From Macrostomum lignano (lineage: Eukaryota), in contig NIVC01002309.1 of the NCBI GenBank assembly GCA_002269645.1, positions 76,921 to 140,920 of the forward strand: DNA of 64,000 nt, read 5' to 3'. The notes below the pieces were generated by a model, which did no database searches, was not told the origin of the DNA, and was given only the letters and a program-made list of their open reading frames with translations. Every line of letters starts with the position of its first letter. The first letter of the stretch is position 1. This document shows positions 37,911 through 54,664 of this stretch, piece after piece. The translations under genes were made by a program, and so were the position numbers.

Positions 37911-38444
37911 AGTGAGTTTAAGGAGGGAATCAGGAGCCGTATACACTTAGGACTGCTACCTAAATGAAGCCCTTCCTCCCAGAATCCCTTAAAAATCCAT
38001 CCTTGGTCTGCATTGTCTATTGCAACTGGCAAAACATCTAAAAAATATGATAGCATTTATGAATAAATATCTGTGTTTATTACCCCAAAACTGAACAGCT
38101 TAATGTAATGGTTGCAGCCTTAGTCTGCATACAATGCTTGCATCAAATGCAAATTCAATAGCATCAACCAGGATCAATTGCATGCCTCATAAACTGAATA
38201 GCGCAACCTGGGGATATGGGCAGCTTTAATAATTAATGACTGCGCAACCGACCCCATGCAAGTGGAGCGTCCGCTGCTCTTCAACCAGCCAGACCAATTG
38301 ACTAACTTTAATTTCAACTCACTCCTGTTCCAAAGATTGCTTCGGTGCAGAAGGGTTGCTCGGTAAGGTTTCATTGATTCCACTGCGTTGCTTATTACTC
38401 GTAAATTAGATATAAGAAAAAGGAAATTCAAGTCTAGTTTAGTT

Positions 38445-39860
<1,416 letters not shown>

Positions 39861-40467
39861 ATGAGGTTCATTCCTTCGTTCAGATCGAAACATAGAAATT
39901 TCAGCTATGCAGTTTCCACACCGGAAAGTGTAAAAAAGTTGAAAAGGCTTGCAGACACGCTGAGGTTCCCTTAGCGACCATCAATCACAGCAAGTCCACT
40001 CCTCCGCTATCGAAAATAACATGATTGAATCGCGTGTGAGTCAGGATTGAACCGTTCGCTAAGAAATTTCACCGCATTTGCTACGGGTGTGCTTCAAGGG
40101 GATTTAGAAAGATGTGTCTGCTCCATCATTCTCCCAAGCTCCTAAAGAATTGTTGCTAGGCCGCTAGAAAATCCCTTTAAAGTCCTTCAAATATTATTCA
40201 GGGAAGGGTATTGCGGATTGAGAACAGATGTCCCTCAGACAGCTTTGCTGCATTCCTACTGAAATTCGAGACATCTTTTCGGACTTTGCTATTTCACTGT
40301 GTGTCTGAAAACTTTCAATGGAATTTATTTGATTGCTTGGCATAAATTTTTGCTTCCTGTTAGCGAGTAGGAAGTAAGAATGAAGGTATAGAAAGGTCAC
40401 TGCCTAAGCCTCTACCAATATTGCGAAAATATTAGATAAAACATAAAGTCGTAAGATATTTTTGGGT

Positions 40468-40810
40468 AGGTAAATAGATAGATAGGTAGGTAGATAGATA
40501 GATAAATAGATAGGTAGGTAGGTAGATAGATAGATAGGTAGGTAGATAGATAGATAGGTAGGTAGGTAGATAGATAGGTAGGTAGGTAGATAGATAGGTA
40601 GGTAGGTAGATAGATAGATAAATATATAGATAGATAGGTAGGTAGACAGGTACTCGTAGGTAGGTATATAGATCGGTAGTTAGGTGGATAGATAGGTAGG
40701 TGGATAGGTAGATAGGTAGATAGGTAGTCAGGTAGGTAGATATGTAGATAGGTAAGTGGATAAGTAGTCAGGTAGGTAGGTAAGTAGGTAGGTAGATAGG
40801 TAGGTAGCAG
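40468..40810. repeat. Mixed (GATA)/(GGTA) microsatellite
   Basis: Seen directly in the sequence. Confidence 0.9.
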
Positions 40811-41635
40811 TTAGGTACGAGTTAGGGTAGGTTGGTAGGAGAGCAGACAAAGTAGGCAACGAACCTTCTTGGTGCGCCTCATCCCTAATGCCGGGATGGT
40901 GTGGAGACTCTGCATTGGTGAGAAAATCCAGCTAGGAGATAATCAGTCATGAGAAGGCAAATCCAGAACCTTTACGGTCTCCCGAATCCCCTCCCTTAAG
41001 CCAACTGTTTCCCTTGAAAATGCGACGAAAGATCATCCATTTTCATCTGTCAAAAGCGGAGCAGGAGAAGAGAAGTCAGGCAGCGTGGCCAGGGGGACAC
41101 CCAGAGAGATACGCTAGTAGAAGGCTGTCATTTAAATCGATCACCCCGGCAACCCCACCTCAAACCACCCCAATGCCAGTCGCTAGAGTGAGGAAGATGA
41201 GGCTAAGGATTTGGGGTGGGAGGAAGAGAAAGGGGGATTCGAGCCTGACTGGAGGGGAAGCCGCACGAGCGAACGAGCCGGGACAGACGCTGGGCCATGG
41301 CGGGTGGTTACCATGGCTTATTAAAGAAAATCAATTTTATATCTCCGTCGACTGCTTGCTCAGTAGTAGCGGCAGCAGGCAGTTAGTTAGTCAGCCAGAC
41401 CGTTGCAAGTGAAGTATAAAATCAAGTCTTGCCGATCAATCTTTCGACCTTTAATTATTAGTTATATAGATTAAAGTAAACAAATGATAATGGGGGAGGC
41501 AGTGGGTTGCTAGGTAATTGAGTAATGAGTACAGTTTATAAAATAAATATATCAAATCGGGCAGGTCTGATAAGAAGAGAGAGCTTGAGTAAGAGATAAT
41601 GGGAGGGAGGGAGTGAGAGTGAAGTAGATGAGAAC

Positions 41636-42090
<455 letters not shown>

Positions 42091-43294
42091 GGCAGATGAG
42101 AATGCCAGAGAAGTACGATAGCAGAGTGAGCTTGTGAAGCATTGACTTGAGCAGGGGACATAGTTCCCCTGCACCTGAGCTGCGCCCCACCCACTAAAGA
42201 AAGAAGTCGCCCTCAAGCAACAGCTGTCCCAAGCAACTGTAAAAGTAAAAGTTGGTAACCGGATCTCCTGCATTCCTCTCTCCTCAGCCAGTTGCATTCC
42301 AAGTTCTCAAGGTCATAAATACCTAGTCAAGCCTGTTTTTTTTCTAGTAACCTTTTTCAGACTCAAATTTTTCTTGCCAAAGCTTTTAAAATTGCTTTTG
42401 AGGCCGCTGAGCTTCACTTCTAGGAGTAAACAGCGCAGCCCAGACATGCAGACATGCAGCTACCCCTTTTCTATCATTCCTCAAAGCAGACTCAAAGCTG
42501 TTTTTTCTTTTAACCTGTAGCTCTGTGTCTCTATGCAACCTGTCATGCACGGTATATAAGGGGTCGAAAATGAAATTAATACCTGAGACTGAAAATGGCT
42601 TGTGAATTATAAATTAATTGAGAGTAGATTAATAAGAAAGAGTGAGAAATAGCAGAGAAGTTGAGAGAGATAGAGAGAAATAGAAGAGAGGTAGAGAGGG
42701 ATACAGTGAGAAATAGAAGAGAGGTAGAGAGTGATAGAGAATGAGAAATAGAAGAGAGGTAGAGAGTGATAGAGAATGAGAAATAGAAGAGAGGTAGAGA
42801 GTGATAGAGAATGAGAAATAAAAGAGAGGAAAAGAGAGATAGAGGGTGAGAAGTACGTATAAGAAAGTAGAGAGAAAAAGTGAAACTATTGGAGAAAACA
42901 GACCTCTCCGAAGCCCTAATTCAGAGAACAAGAAGTAAAATTAATTATTCGCAGGTAAGTTCTTAGCTTCAAGCAGTTCTCGATAATTATTTACTTTTAC
43001 CTTCCCTTCCATTCCCGTGTTGGCCTTTAGTTAACAGCACCATTTGGGTTTATTTATAATGCATACCTTTGAAGTTGATGTAGATCAAATACGGACACTG
43101 ACGCTTGCTTCTTCGAATTGTTGCTAGGAGCTTGGAGGAAATTCTGTGACTGAAAAATTTCCTGCTGCAAATTTAGCTGCGGAATGGAGTCAACAGCTGA
43201 CCCACAATAAATCTTACTCGTTCCAGGGCTGAAATTTCAGGTTACACAGATTGCATCAGATAGGACTTTCCTACATCCTAGCGGAATTGCACGG

Positions 43295-43750
43295 GAGTCA
43301 CGTGACCTCCCTTAGTCCTTTTGTAATTTAGCGGAGGTCATGTGACCACCTGAAATTCTTTTAAAGTCAAACCTAGGTCACCGGATCACTCTGAATCCTC
43401 TCGAGATAAAAACCAAATAGGGGTCATGTGACCTCCCCTAAAACTATCGAAATCAAGCAGGGTCATATGACCACCCGAATTCTTTTTCGAATAACAATAA
43501 AGGTTATGTTACCTCTAAAATTTTCAATTGGCCTCCGGCAGGGGTCACGTGACCACCTAAAATATATAATCAACAGTAATCACGTGAGTGACCTGTTTGA
43601 ATCTTATTGATAGTAAAGAGGAGTCACGTGACCCCCCAACAATACATAATCAACAGTGATCACGTGACCTATTTGAATCCTATTGATAGTAAACAAGAGT
43701 CACGTGACCACCCAAAAAAAACCATAATCAACAGTGATCACGTGACATCC
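43295..43750. repeat. Degenerate ~78-bp repeat carrying clustered TCACGTGA palindromes
   Basis: TCACGTGA at ~43298, 43545, 43580, 43624, 43660, 43700 and 43738, plus GTCATGTGAC variants. Confidence 0.8.
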
Positions 43751-44403
43751 TTGAATGCTATTGACAGTAAACAGGGGTCACTTGACCAACCTAGACCCCC
43801 TGAAAGACACGCACTTCCAGTCTCATATGAGAACTTTCTGTGCACAGAATCAGAGCAGTCCAGTGAGGCCCAGCTTACATGCAGCCAACGGAAAATGTCC
43901 GTCACTCACACCAGTGTCCCTGACCCTCAGCCACCGGCCTTCCTGCCCTCCCCCGCCACCCCTGAGTGTTCGCCGTCCGCACAGCAGCAGCTGCAGTGGG
44001 GGGGGAGGCAGAGCGGAGCGGCAGCTTCAAGTGGGGCGGCAACTCCAGCACCCCCCAACCCAGGCTCGCTGGGCTTCCACCGAGGGCGTCAACCGAGACA
44101 GGCAGATGTGCGCAATATTCTCCCAGGCTGTCTCTCCTCGCCCCGGCAGAATTCCCAGCAACTGGGAGCCGCCCCCGAAGCCAGAACAGATTCCAAGTGG
44201 CGGAGAAGAGAAATAGCGGGGTTGCGCACAGGCCATGGCTGGTAATTATACCACTGCAGCTGGCCAAGTCTGTGCCAAAGTGTAACCCAACCCTTGGGCC
44301 TGCCTGTGGCCCACTGACTGGCGGACTCACATTGCTGGGGCTGCAGAAGTCACCGGTAAATATTGGGAAAATAAAAGAGTGCTTGAATACGGAGGCTGCA
44401 GAG

Positions 44404-44630
<227 letters not shown>

Positions 44631-46274
44631 CAGGCAGGCAGATGCAGAGGCAGATGCTGAGCAGCTGTATCAACACACCGAACGGCCCAGTCGTTATTTA
44701 CCCACGCCGCCAAGCCGGCTAGGAGAGCAAATAGAAATTGGGTTTGCCAGTTGTAACGCAGAAGCTGCGTTAGTTGAAGAAGAACTGCCACAATTATCTT
44801 GTCGCCAGCCTTGTGAATTTTCTTTCACTTTAGAAATCTTTTCTTATTAGTATTCCAGTTGCTGGCGAACTTGTTTAACTGGGCTATTCCCGGGTTCATA
44901 TCGTACCGTTTGCAGAAAATGACTAAAAGAGAAGGTGAGATAATTGAAAGCCAAATAAATGTGATGAAGTGTAAAGGTTGAGGTGGAGAGTGGGATAGAA
45001 AGTGAGAGATCGATTGAGAGGGAGAGAGATAGAGAGGGAGAGGGAGATAGAGAGGGAGATAGAGATGGAGAGGGAGAGCAAGTGAGAGATAGGGAGGGAG
45101 AATGAAGAGAGCAGGAAGAGTAGAAGTAGACAGAGAAAAGAAGACAGAGAAGGAGAGAGATGGGAAGAGAGGAGAGTGAAGGTAGGAGAGGGAAAATTGA
45201 AACGAGAGAAAAGAAGGCTGAAGGACAGGAGAGGTTAAAGAAAAAAGAAGAAATCGATTCACTGAAAGCAGAGAATCAGCAAGGATCAGCCTGGAACAGA
45301 GAACACAGCTAGTGCTAAAGGGTTTTTGAAACCACTTTACTTGGCTCTTTTTTCTTTGTAAAAAATCAAATACACCTGTCAATTACGAATGCCACATCAT
45401 AAATTTCACTGACCCGCTATTGACGGGACTCAAGACCTCGAACTCGATGTTTTCTGCGTCAGGAAATTTTCTCAAAAGCTACACAATCATGTCCGTCTTA
45501 TGGTTGCTGCTTTTCTGAAGCCGAACAAGCGCCAATCTTGAACACCGGGAAAATTTTGTTTGAAGGAGTCTGTCAAACGCTCACGGTCGCTTGGGTCTTT
45601 CTTTGACCGTCTTTTCAGGCAGAATGCTTCGAGACTAGCTAATTAGTCTCTCCCGGGAGAGTTTCAGACAGAGGATTTTCCTAGAAAAAATGGAATTACG
45701 AGTAATATCTGAGCGGCTTAAAAGGTACTTATTAATTGATGAGTCACCTCCTGTTTGCAGAAGGTCCTGAGACTCTGAAATATTTGTAACCTTTATTTAG
45801 TCACCATTTTGCTGCTAATTGCTGCTTTTTGCTGATGCAAAACAACTTCATCTCCTTGCTGAGTAGTTGGTGCCTTATCATGGCGCTACTCCGGGTTCAA
45901 ATTAATGTGGCGCCTTCTGGTGTATTTTTGGCGTCATCTCGCGTTTTTTACTCCCCATTAGTTGCAGTTTTGTACTTTTATATGCACTTTTAGCTCCGCT
46001 TTATGGCGTTTTCCTGAATAGTTTAGTCATAGTTGGATTCATATTTCTAAACTGATTAATGACTTTTTCTCGCTTGATTACACCCTGTGCCAATTTTTTG
46101 CTTGACTAAGAATTACTAAGCATGAATGCCACTGAATTGATTAATAATGCCCATTTTTGATTGACACTAGCAGTGTTTAAATGAGAATTACCTGCTTTAA
46201 CTTGCTTAGAAATAATTTTAGTCAAACAGGCCATTACTTAGTTAGAATTTACACGCTTCTTTAAAAGAAAAGGG

Positions 46275-46830
46275 GGCAAACGTGTGAGGGGTTAGCGGTT
46301 TGGGGTGGCGGGAGTACCCTTATCTGCCTCACTCTGTGGGGGTGGGGGCAAGCGTGTAAGGGGTTTGTGGTTTGGGGTGGCGGGCGTACCATTATCTGCC
46401 TTTCGCTGTGGGGGTGGGGGGCACGCATGTGAGGGGTGGGGGGGGCACGCATGCGAGGGGTTAGCGGTTTGGGGTGGCGAGAGTACCCTTATCTCCTCAC
46501 TCTGTGGGGGTGGGGGGCAAGCGTGTAAGGGGTTTGTGGTTTGGGGTGGCGGGCGTACCCTTATCTCCTCACTCTGTGGGGGTTGGGGGCACGCATGTGA
46601 GGGGTTTGTGGTTTGGGGTGGCGGGCGTACCCTTATCTCCTCACTCTGTGGAGGTGGGGGGCACGCATGTGAGGGGTTTGTGGTTTGGGGTGGCGGGCGT
46701 AGCCTTATCTCCTCACTCTGTGGAGGTGGGGGCAAACGTGTAAGGGGTTTGTGGTTTGGGGTGGCGGGCGTACCCTTATTTGCCTCTCGCTGTGGGGGTG
46801 GAGGGCACGCATGTGAGGGGTTTGTGGGCG
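46275..46830. repeat. G-rich minisatellite, ~72-bp unit
   Basis: GCACGCATGTGAGGGG recurs at 46589 and 46661, and the overlapping ORFs show 24-aa periodicity. Confidence 0.9.
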
Positions 46831-47730
46831 TGCCTTTGCCCGCCTCTTTTAGATACTAGCTTAAATCAAATTAATCTTAATGCATCGCACTTAGGATTCC
46901 GCCATATGTAAATGAGTACATTTCTTACAGTGCGATCGCCGGAAAGAGTCCACTCATATATTTTTTTTATTGCTGAAGATGGCCTATATATAGTATGCAA
47001 AAATTAATAATGAGAAGCGGCGTTTCTCTGTGCTTCGTCGAGATTTCGAAGCGTGGGCTTGGGGCATTACGGTACTGCGGGTTGGTCTGATGGAGAAAGC
47101 GAGCGAGCGAGTGGAGGGTAGGATGAAGTGAAGAGTCACACAGAGAGGAGGAGAGAGCGGTGGCAGTAGGACGGCAGCTCCGCTTGAGTGGGCACTTTAG
47201 TCGAGTCCCCGACCAGGCCTGAATAAAGCACCGAAGCACCCCCTCTCCCACGCGGATGCGAATATCTCGAGGGAGCTTGTACATGTAAGCTACGGTGGCT
47301 TTACCTCCACTTATTCAACTGCAACTACGAGCTAACCCAGTCTTCTCGCCCGGCTTATTGCCCCGAAAAAGGGGGTAGAGGATTTATTCCGGTACGGCCA
47401 TTCTCCCTCTCGCCTCTTCCTTCTAATCCGGTAGCCTCTAAACCCCGAGTTTCACAGCCTCCCCCTACATGCACATACATGCTGTATGGCCTCTCAATGT
47501 ATTGCGAAGCTCGTCCTGATCTTCGTGCAGCACCTTTCTTCTTTTATATATACCTGCGTTATAAGTATATGGACTCCTGTTTTGCTGGTCACGCAAGCCA
47601 GAGAGTCAATTTTTTCTCGGCCTTGAAGCTTCCGCAGCTTTCTGCAAATAATTTTATCAGCACGAAATCAAAAACAAGATTTTATTTTTTTATTTCTGAT
47701 CCGCTTTATAATAACTCAAATTGCAGTGCA

Positions 47731-47900
47731 CACCAGGCTAATGGGATCTCTAATTAGGGATTAACACCAGGCTAATGGGATCTCTAATTAGGGATTAACA
47801 CCAGGCTAATGGGATCTCTAATTAGGGATTAACACCAGGCTAATGGGATCTCTAATTAGGGATTAACACCAGGCTAATGGGATCTCTAATTTGGGACTAA
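47731..47900. repeat. Minisatellite, 34-bp unit (CACCAGGCTAATGGGATCTCTAATTAGGGATTAA) x5
   Basis: Copies start at 47731, 47765, 47799, 47833 and 47867. Confidence 0.93.
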
Positions 47901-48404
47901 TACCTGGGTGATGATATTTCTAAATGATAACGAATAAGCTTTGACTTTTAGATTTACACGATTTCAAAACTACCAGCTGTCTTTCGAGAAACTGCGGTCA
48001 CTAACCGCAACCAATTTTGCTTAACTAGTAATTTTGACAACGAATACGCCAAACGGATTGAATTAGTGACCCTAAAATTATTAACTTTGTAGAGTTTTAC
48101 ATTTTTGGTCACGTTGAACATTGAAACCTACAGCTACTGGTTAATTCCATTAGCATCTTAGCCTCGCCACCTCGGCCAAGCGCAAATTAGTGCTATGGCG
48201 TGAAGTTGACAGCCCAATGCATTAGGGAAGTGGGGGGGGGGGGTGAGGAGAGAGAGGCGCTCAATCTGCGATATTGGAACTGGCGGATGCGATGACCTCG
48301 CGGTTCTCCCGCGCATTCTGTCTGTCTTGTTGTGCGCGGAATCCGCCCGATATCTGTCCGCTCCGGTTTAATATTTGTACTGGGGACTTGGCCGGCTCAT
48401 AATG

Positions 48405-48775
<371 letters not shown>

Positions 48776-49569
48776 CTGTCTGTGTTCCTGCCTCTGTTTC
48801 TATCTGGAGGCTTGGCAAGAACATAAGATCGGAAAGGACACAAAAATGCAAAAAATAAATTGGACAAAACTACAGATTAAACCAAGACCCATGGATACAA
48901 AGACTCCAAGTCACAACAGCAGAAGGTCAGACAGTGTACATGTCGACACCTTGACAGATCCCACAGATCTCACAATCAAAATACGCATAAACATCTCTAT
49001 ATATTGTCAGGCGCAATATCCCAGCTACTCAAGCCACCCTCAGCTCCGGTACCGCCGGTACAGCTCTCTCAACCCGGAAATTAATGCCCCCCCCCTGTAG
49101 GAGAGAGCCCCCTCGAGGATTTGATGGCTTCCTCAATTTTGGATTGAAAATTGGACAGGGGGTGGAGAGAAACGAAGAGGTGGCGAAGAATGAATTTCGA
49201 CTCGATTGCCGAGCTGGCTGATGAGGGACTGCAGATAGCCCCAGACTCTTACTACTCCGTGTTGTCCCCATGGGATCGAGGCTGGAAGAACTTCTGCAGC
49301 TCAAGCTGAGTGCTTATAGTACCATAAGAGTCTGGATGGCTCGCTCTCGGTAATTGTCACTTTTTATGCCGAACGAGAGTGAACAATGTCAAAAGATGAG
49401 TCTCAAGAGACTAGAGCAGTCAAATTGGCTTCAAATGGTTCCGCTTAGCAACTAATTCTTTATTCCCTATATTGCTCATTCATAATTTTTTTCAATCTAT
49501 TCTTGATGAAGCCTGACATGCAACAAATTAAACATTTTTGTGCCACTCTAAAGACATATAGTTTTGGAA

Positions 49570-50075
49570 CTCCAGGGACATTGTCACTTTTGGCACTCCA
49601 GGGACATTGTCACTTTTGGCACTCCAGGGACATTGTCACTTTTGGCACTCCAGGGACATTGTCACTTTTGGTACTCCAGGGACATTGTCACTTTTGGCAC
49701 TCCAGGGACATTGTCACTTTTGGCACTCCAGGGACATTGTCACTTTTGGCACTCCAGGGACAATGCCACTATTGGCACTCCAGAGACAATGTCACTATTG
49801 GCACTCCAGAGACAATGGCACTATTGGCACTCCATGGACAATGCCACTATTGGCACTCCAGAGACAATGTCACTATTGGCACTCCAGAGACAATGGCACT
49901 ATTGGCACTCCATGGACAATGCCACTATTGGCACTCCAGGGACAATGCCACTATTGGCACTCCAGGGACAATGCCACAATTGGCACTCCATGGACAATGC
50001 CACTATTGGCACTCCAGGGACAATGCCACAATTGGCACTCCAGAGACAATGCCACTATTGGCACTCCAGGGACAA
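49570..50075. repeat. Minisatellite, 26-bp unit (TGGCACTCCAGGGACATTGTCACTTT)
   Basis: About 19 tandem copies with a variant gradient along the array. Confidence 0.93.
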
Positions 50076-50649
50076 TGCTTTGTCATTTCGGCCGTGCAAA
50101 ACCACTTCTGGCACTCTAGAGACATTGTTTCTTCTAGTACTCCAGGAACATTGTCAGCTCTGATACTCTGAGAAATTATAACTTTTAGCACTGCTTCATG
50201 CTCTGAGCTCAAAACCTGCGCTAGAAGAACACAAAGGTGATGAATATTGGGACTTCCAAAAAGCTGCCGTTGTAATGCACATTCACGAACTATCCCTTGG
50301 AAACTGAGCACACCCAACCCTATTGGCATACAAAGTAGAAGATGAAAATTATGTAAATTTTTCCCATTTTTTTGTCAACCAAAGTCGACATGGATATGCG
50401 GGGTCGAGCATCGGTTCAAAAACACTGGTTTGAAGATGGACAGAATTTTTATGAGGCTTACTTTTGAGCATACGTGTATAGTCAAAGCCTTTGATCGCCG
50501 GGGGCTGAGGATCGGTTTCGGACTCATGAGCTTGAATTCACTAATTCCCTGCTAGCTTTGAGGAATATTGCTGTTTAATAATTTCTCTGGCACTGCGACT
50601 GTATCTAGGCAGGTCTGAAACTCTTGCTCTGCTCTCTTCTTACTATGTT

Positions 50650-52045
50650 CTCTCCTCTCCTCCCCTCTCCTCTCCTCTCCTCTCCTCTCCTCCCCTCTCC
50701 TCTCCTCTCCTCTCCTCTCCTCCCCTCTCCTCTCCTCTCCTCTCCTCTCCTCTCCTCTCCTCTCCTCTCATCTCCTCTCCTGTCCTCTCCTCTCCTCTCC
50801 TCCTCTCCTCTCCTGTCCTCTCTTCTCCTCTCCTCTCCTCTCCTCTCCTCTCCTCTCCTGTCCTCTCTTCTCCTCTCCTCTCCTCTCCTCTCCTCTCCTC
50901 CCCTCTCCTCTCTTCCCTCTTCTCTCCACTCTTCTCCTCTCCTCTCCTCTCCTCTCCTCTCCTCCCCTCTCCGCTCTTCCCCTCTTCTCTCCACTCTTCT
51001 CCTCTCCTCTCCTCTCCTCTCCTCTCCTCTCCTCTCCTCTCCTCTCCTCTCCTCTCCTCTCCTCTCCTCTCCTCTCCTCTCCTCTCCTCCCTCTCCTCTC
51101 CTCTCCTCTCCTCTCCTCTCCTCTCCTCTCCTCTCCTCTCCTCTCCTCTCCTCTCCTCTCCTGTCCTCTCTTCTCCTCTCCTCTCCTCTCCTCTCCTCTC
51201 CTCCCCTCTCCTCTCTTCCCCTCTTCTCTCCACTCTTCTCCTCCTCTCCTCTCTCTCCTCTCCTCTCCTCCCCTCTCCGCTCTTCCCCTCTTCTCTCCAC
51301 TCTTCTCCTCTCCTCTCCTCTCCTCTCCTCTCCTCTCCTCTCCTCTCCTCTCCTCTCCTCTCCTCTCCTCTCCTCTCCTCTCCTCTCCTCTCCTCTCCTC
51401 TCCTCTCTCCCTCTCCTCTCCTCTCCTCTCCTCTCCTCTCCTCTCCTCTCCTCTCCTCTCCTCTCCTCTCCTCTCCTCTCCTCTCCTCTCCTCTCCTCTC
51501 CTCTCCTGTCCTCTCTTCTCCTCTCCTCTCCTCTCCTCTCCTCTCCTCCCCTCTCCTCTCTTCCCCTCTTCTCTCCACTCTTCTCCTCTCCTCTCCTCTC
51601 CTCTCCTCTCCTCCCCTCTCCGCTCTTCCCCTCTTCTCTCCACTCTTCTCCTCTCCTCTCCTCTCCTCTCCTCTCCTCTCCTCTCCTCTCCTCTCCTCTC
51701 CTCTCCTCTCCTCTCCTCTCCTCTCCTCTCCTCTCCTCTCCTCTCCTCTCCTCTCCTCTCCTCTCCTCTCCTCTCCTCTCCTCTCCTCTCCTCTCCTCTC
51801 CTCTCCTCTCCTCTCCTCTCCTCTCCTCTCCTCTCCTCTCCTGTCCTCTCTTCTCCTCTCCTCTCCTCTCCTCTCCTCCCCTCTCCTCTCTTCCCCTCTT
51901 CTCTCCACTCTTCTCCTCTCCTCTCCTCTCCTCTCCTCTCCTCTCCTCTCCTCTCCTCTCCTCTCCTCTCCTCTCCTCTCCTCTCCTCCCCTCTCCTCTC
52001 CTCTCCTCTTCTCTCCTCTCCTCCTCTTCTCCTCTCTCCTCTCCT
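50650..52045. repeat. (CTCCT)n polypyrimidine microsatellite with recurring variant blocks
   Basis: Seen directly. It is the source of the ERRGE/SSPLL ORFs. Confidence 0.97.
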
Positions 52046-52589
52046 GTCTCCAGGCTTTCACTCTGTTTGTGTATCAGGGTTTTTCACCTGAAACCGACAC
52101 TAAAATGGATAAAAAATAGCCCAAAACAAGTGCGCCAACACTGACAAATAGCAATTAACGATCACCTAAGAAAATCAATTGTCACACTTTCAACCTTCAG
52201 GATGGCTACTATTAACAGAGAAGTATCGAAGCTTAAAAAGCTTATTATTGCAGGAGAGGGTAGAATTAGAAAGGCTCTTACATGCCCCTGAAGCTCGTTG
52301 TTTGTGTCTGTCTGTTTGAGAGTGCTCAAAATAAATACTCTCGTACCATCGTATATAACTATGCATTCTATGAGAATAATTATTTCGTAAGCTGCAATAA
52401 AACCTCAAAGCGCGTGTTGCATGAAGCATAAGGAATTGTGGGATTCTTGCAAACATGGAAATCAACGATTGAACGATTCGGTTCAATTCAACGTTCGGTT
52501 TCCTCCCACATGTAAACCGTTTGTTGGCTAAAACCTTCGTAATGACATTGTTATCCTTTCTATTCTAATCCTGCTCCATCTCCCTCCCA

Positions 52590-53270
52590 TTTTATCTTGA
52601 TCCCATTATATCGTGATCCCGATCTTCTGGTCCTATTCTATCTTGATCCGATTCTATCTTGATCCCATTCTATCTTGATCCCATTCTATCTTGATCCCAT
52701 TCTTTTTTGATCCCATTCTATTTTGATCCCATTCCATCTTGGTCCTATTATATCTTGATCCCATTCTATCTTGATCCCATTCTATCTTGATTCCATTCTA
52801 TCTTGATCCCATTCTATCTTGATCCCATTCTATCTTGGTCCTATTATATCTTGATCCCATTCTATTTTGATCCCATTCTATCTTGGTCCATTATATCTTG
52901 ATCCCATTCTATTTTGATCCCATTCTATCTTGGTCCTATTATATCTTGATCCCATTCTATCTTGATTCCATTCTATCTTGATCCCATTCCATCTTGATCC
53001 CATTATATCTTGATCCCATTCTATTTTGATCCCATTCTATCTTGATCCCATTATATGTTGATCTCTTTATATGTTGATCCCATTCTATCTTGATCCCATT
53101 CTATCTTGATCCTATTCTATCTTGATCCAATTCTATCTTGATCCCATTCTATCTTGATTCCATTCTATCTTTATCCCATTCTATCTTGATCCCATTCTAC
53201 TCGTATCTTGATTCAACTCCATCTTGATCCCATTCTACTCGTATCTTGATTCAACTCCATCTTGATCCTA
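52590..53270. repeat. Minisatellite, 16-bp unit (ATCTTGATCCCATTCT)
   Basis: Seen directly in the sequence. Confidence 0.92.
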
Positions 53271-54534
53271 TTCTGTTTCATCTAAACGAATCTTTAATTT
53301 TAACAAAACCAACAATGAAAAGCAGTTTATTTTTTCTGAAAATTCTTGACAAGTGAACTTCTTCTGTCCTCCTCAATGGGGGAACTTTCTATTTTTTTCT
53401 CTGTTCGACATTCGACATGTATTTTTAATGCCAAATATTACAAAAAACACAAATGGAGAATTGAGAGAGAATAATTCAGTAGCTGCTTCATGGCTGGTAC
53501 AAATGAAAAGCAATATTAATAAATAATACAAATGAAACCATGTGCGCCCACTTTAATACGAGTCGCATTTGGTGCTACGGTGCGTTAATTAGTGACCAAA
53601 CGCAAATCGACAGTTTGAATAACCACCAATTTTAGCACGCCTTATAACAATAAAGCGAATTACTTATTTTCACATTTTAAGTGTAAAAAACTAATCATTT
53701 ACAAGAATTTATTGAACTGAATTTATAATGCCGATTCCGTGACAGGATTTCTAAACGTTGAAAAGAAATCTTTATATCATCGATCAAAGCTCATTAACAT
53801 CCTGTAAAACATTTCTGGATTTAAAATGTCGTGCCTTAATCCGATAATTTAATATGGGGATTATCGAAATAAGATTTGTATTCTCTTTTAATGACAATAA
53901 TCTTTTCGAATTGGGATTAAAGGGGGATTTGGTATTTATAACAATAGGAATTAGAGGTGAAGAACAGATGGAATAGATCAAGTGGGATTTGAGATTTAGA
54001 AGAGGTGGGATTTGAGATTTAGAACAGGTGGGATTAGAGATTTAGAACAGATTGGATTAGGGATTTAGAACAGGTGGGATTTGGGATTTAGAACAGGCGG
54101 GATTAGGGATTTAGAACGAGTAGGATGTATGATTATTTGTAACAGTTTTTGAAGGCTGAGATATTTTTATATTTTACGACCTAATTCCAATTAAACGCGC
54201 ATCTGCACTGTCCCTTTAGACGTGAATTTAAAAAAATACAAAAAACTGTCCTTAGTAAAAAGGCGAAATTGTATACAGCTTTAAAAAAGTACATTGAATA
54301 CATTTATAGGCCAATAATGCACAACACTTTATATAACGCGCATAGATACAAGCGAACATCTGCAATATAAATAATATATATTAGTTGCCACGGGGAATTC
54401 AGCAATGCAAATTAATTAGCTCCAGTATTCACGGGATGTTTTACAAATGTTATTCGCCATCTCCTATAGGCTGATACCATTCTTCAAAATAATTCGCAGA
54501 TTAGCATATAAAGTACAATTTCAATTTGTTCGAA

Positions 54535-54631
54535 TCAAACAACAGTGAAAATATCCTCATAGTTTGGATCCCGACGACCGTTGCTCGATTTCGAGTTTGG
54601 CTGCGCCTCCATCGCTCCCGAGGAGAATCGA
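54535..54631 (-). CDS. Dscam: Dscam-like receptor, terminal coding exon (absent from the ORF track in this frame)
   Basis: The acceptor ctcccacag|T completes the phase-2 codon AG+T. It reads RFSSGAMEAQPNSKSSNGRRDPNYEDIFTVV*, ending in a T-x-V PDZ-binding motif. Confidence 0.75.
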
Positions 54632-54664
54632 CTGTGGGAGAATGGAGTTTATGTAATTTTCGAT

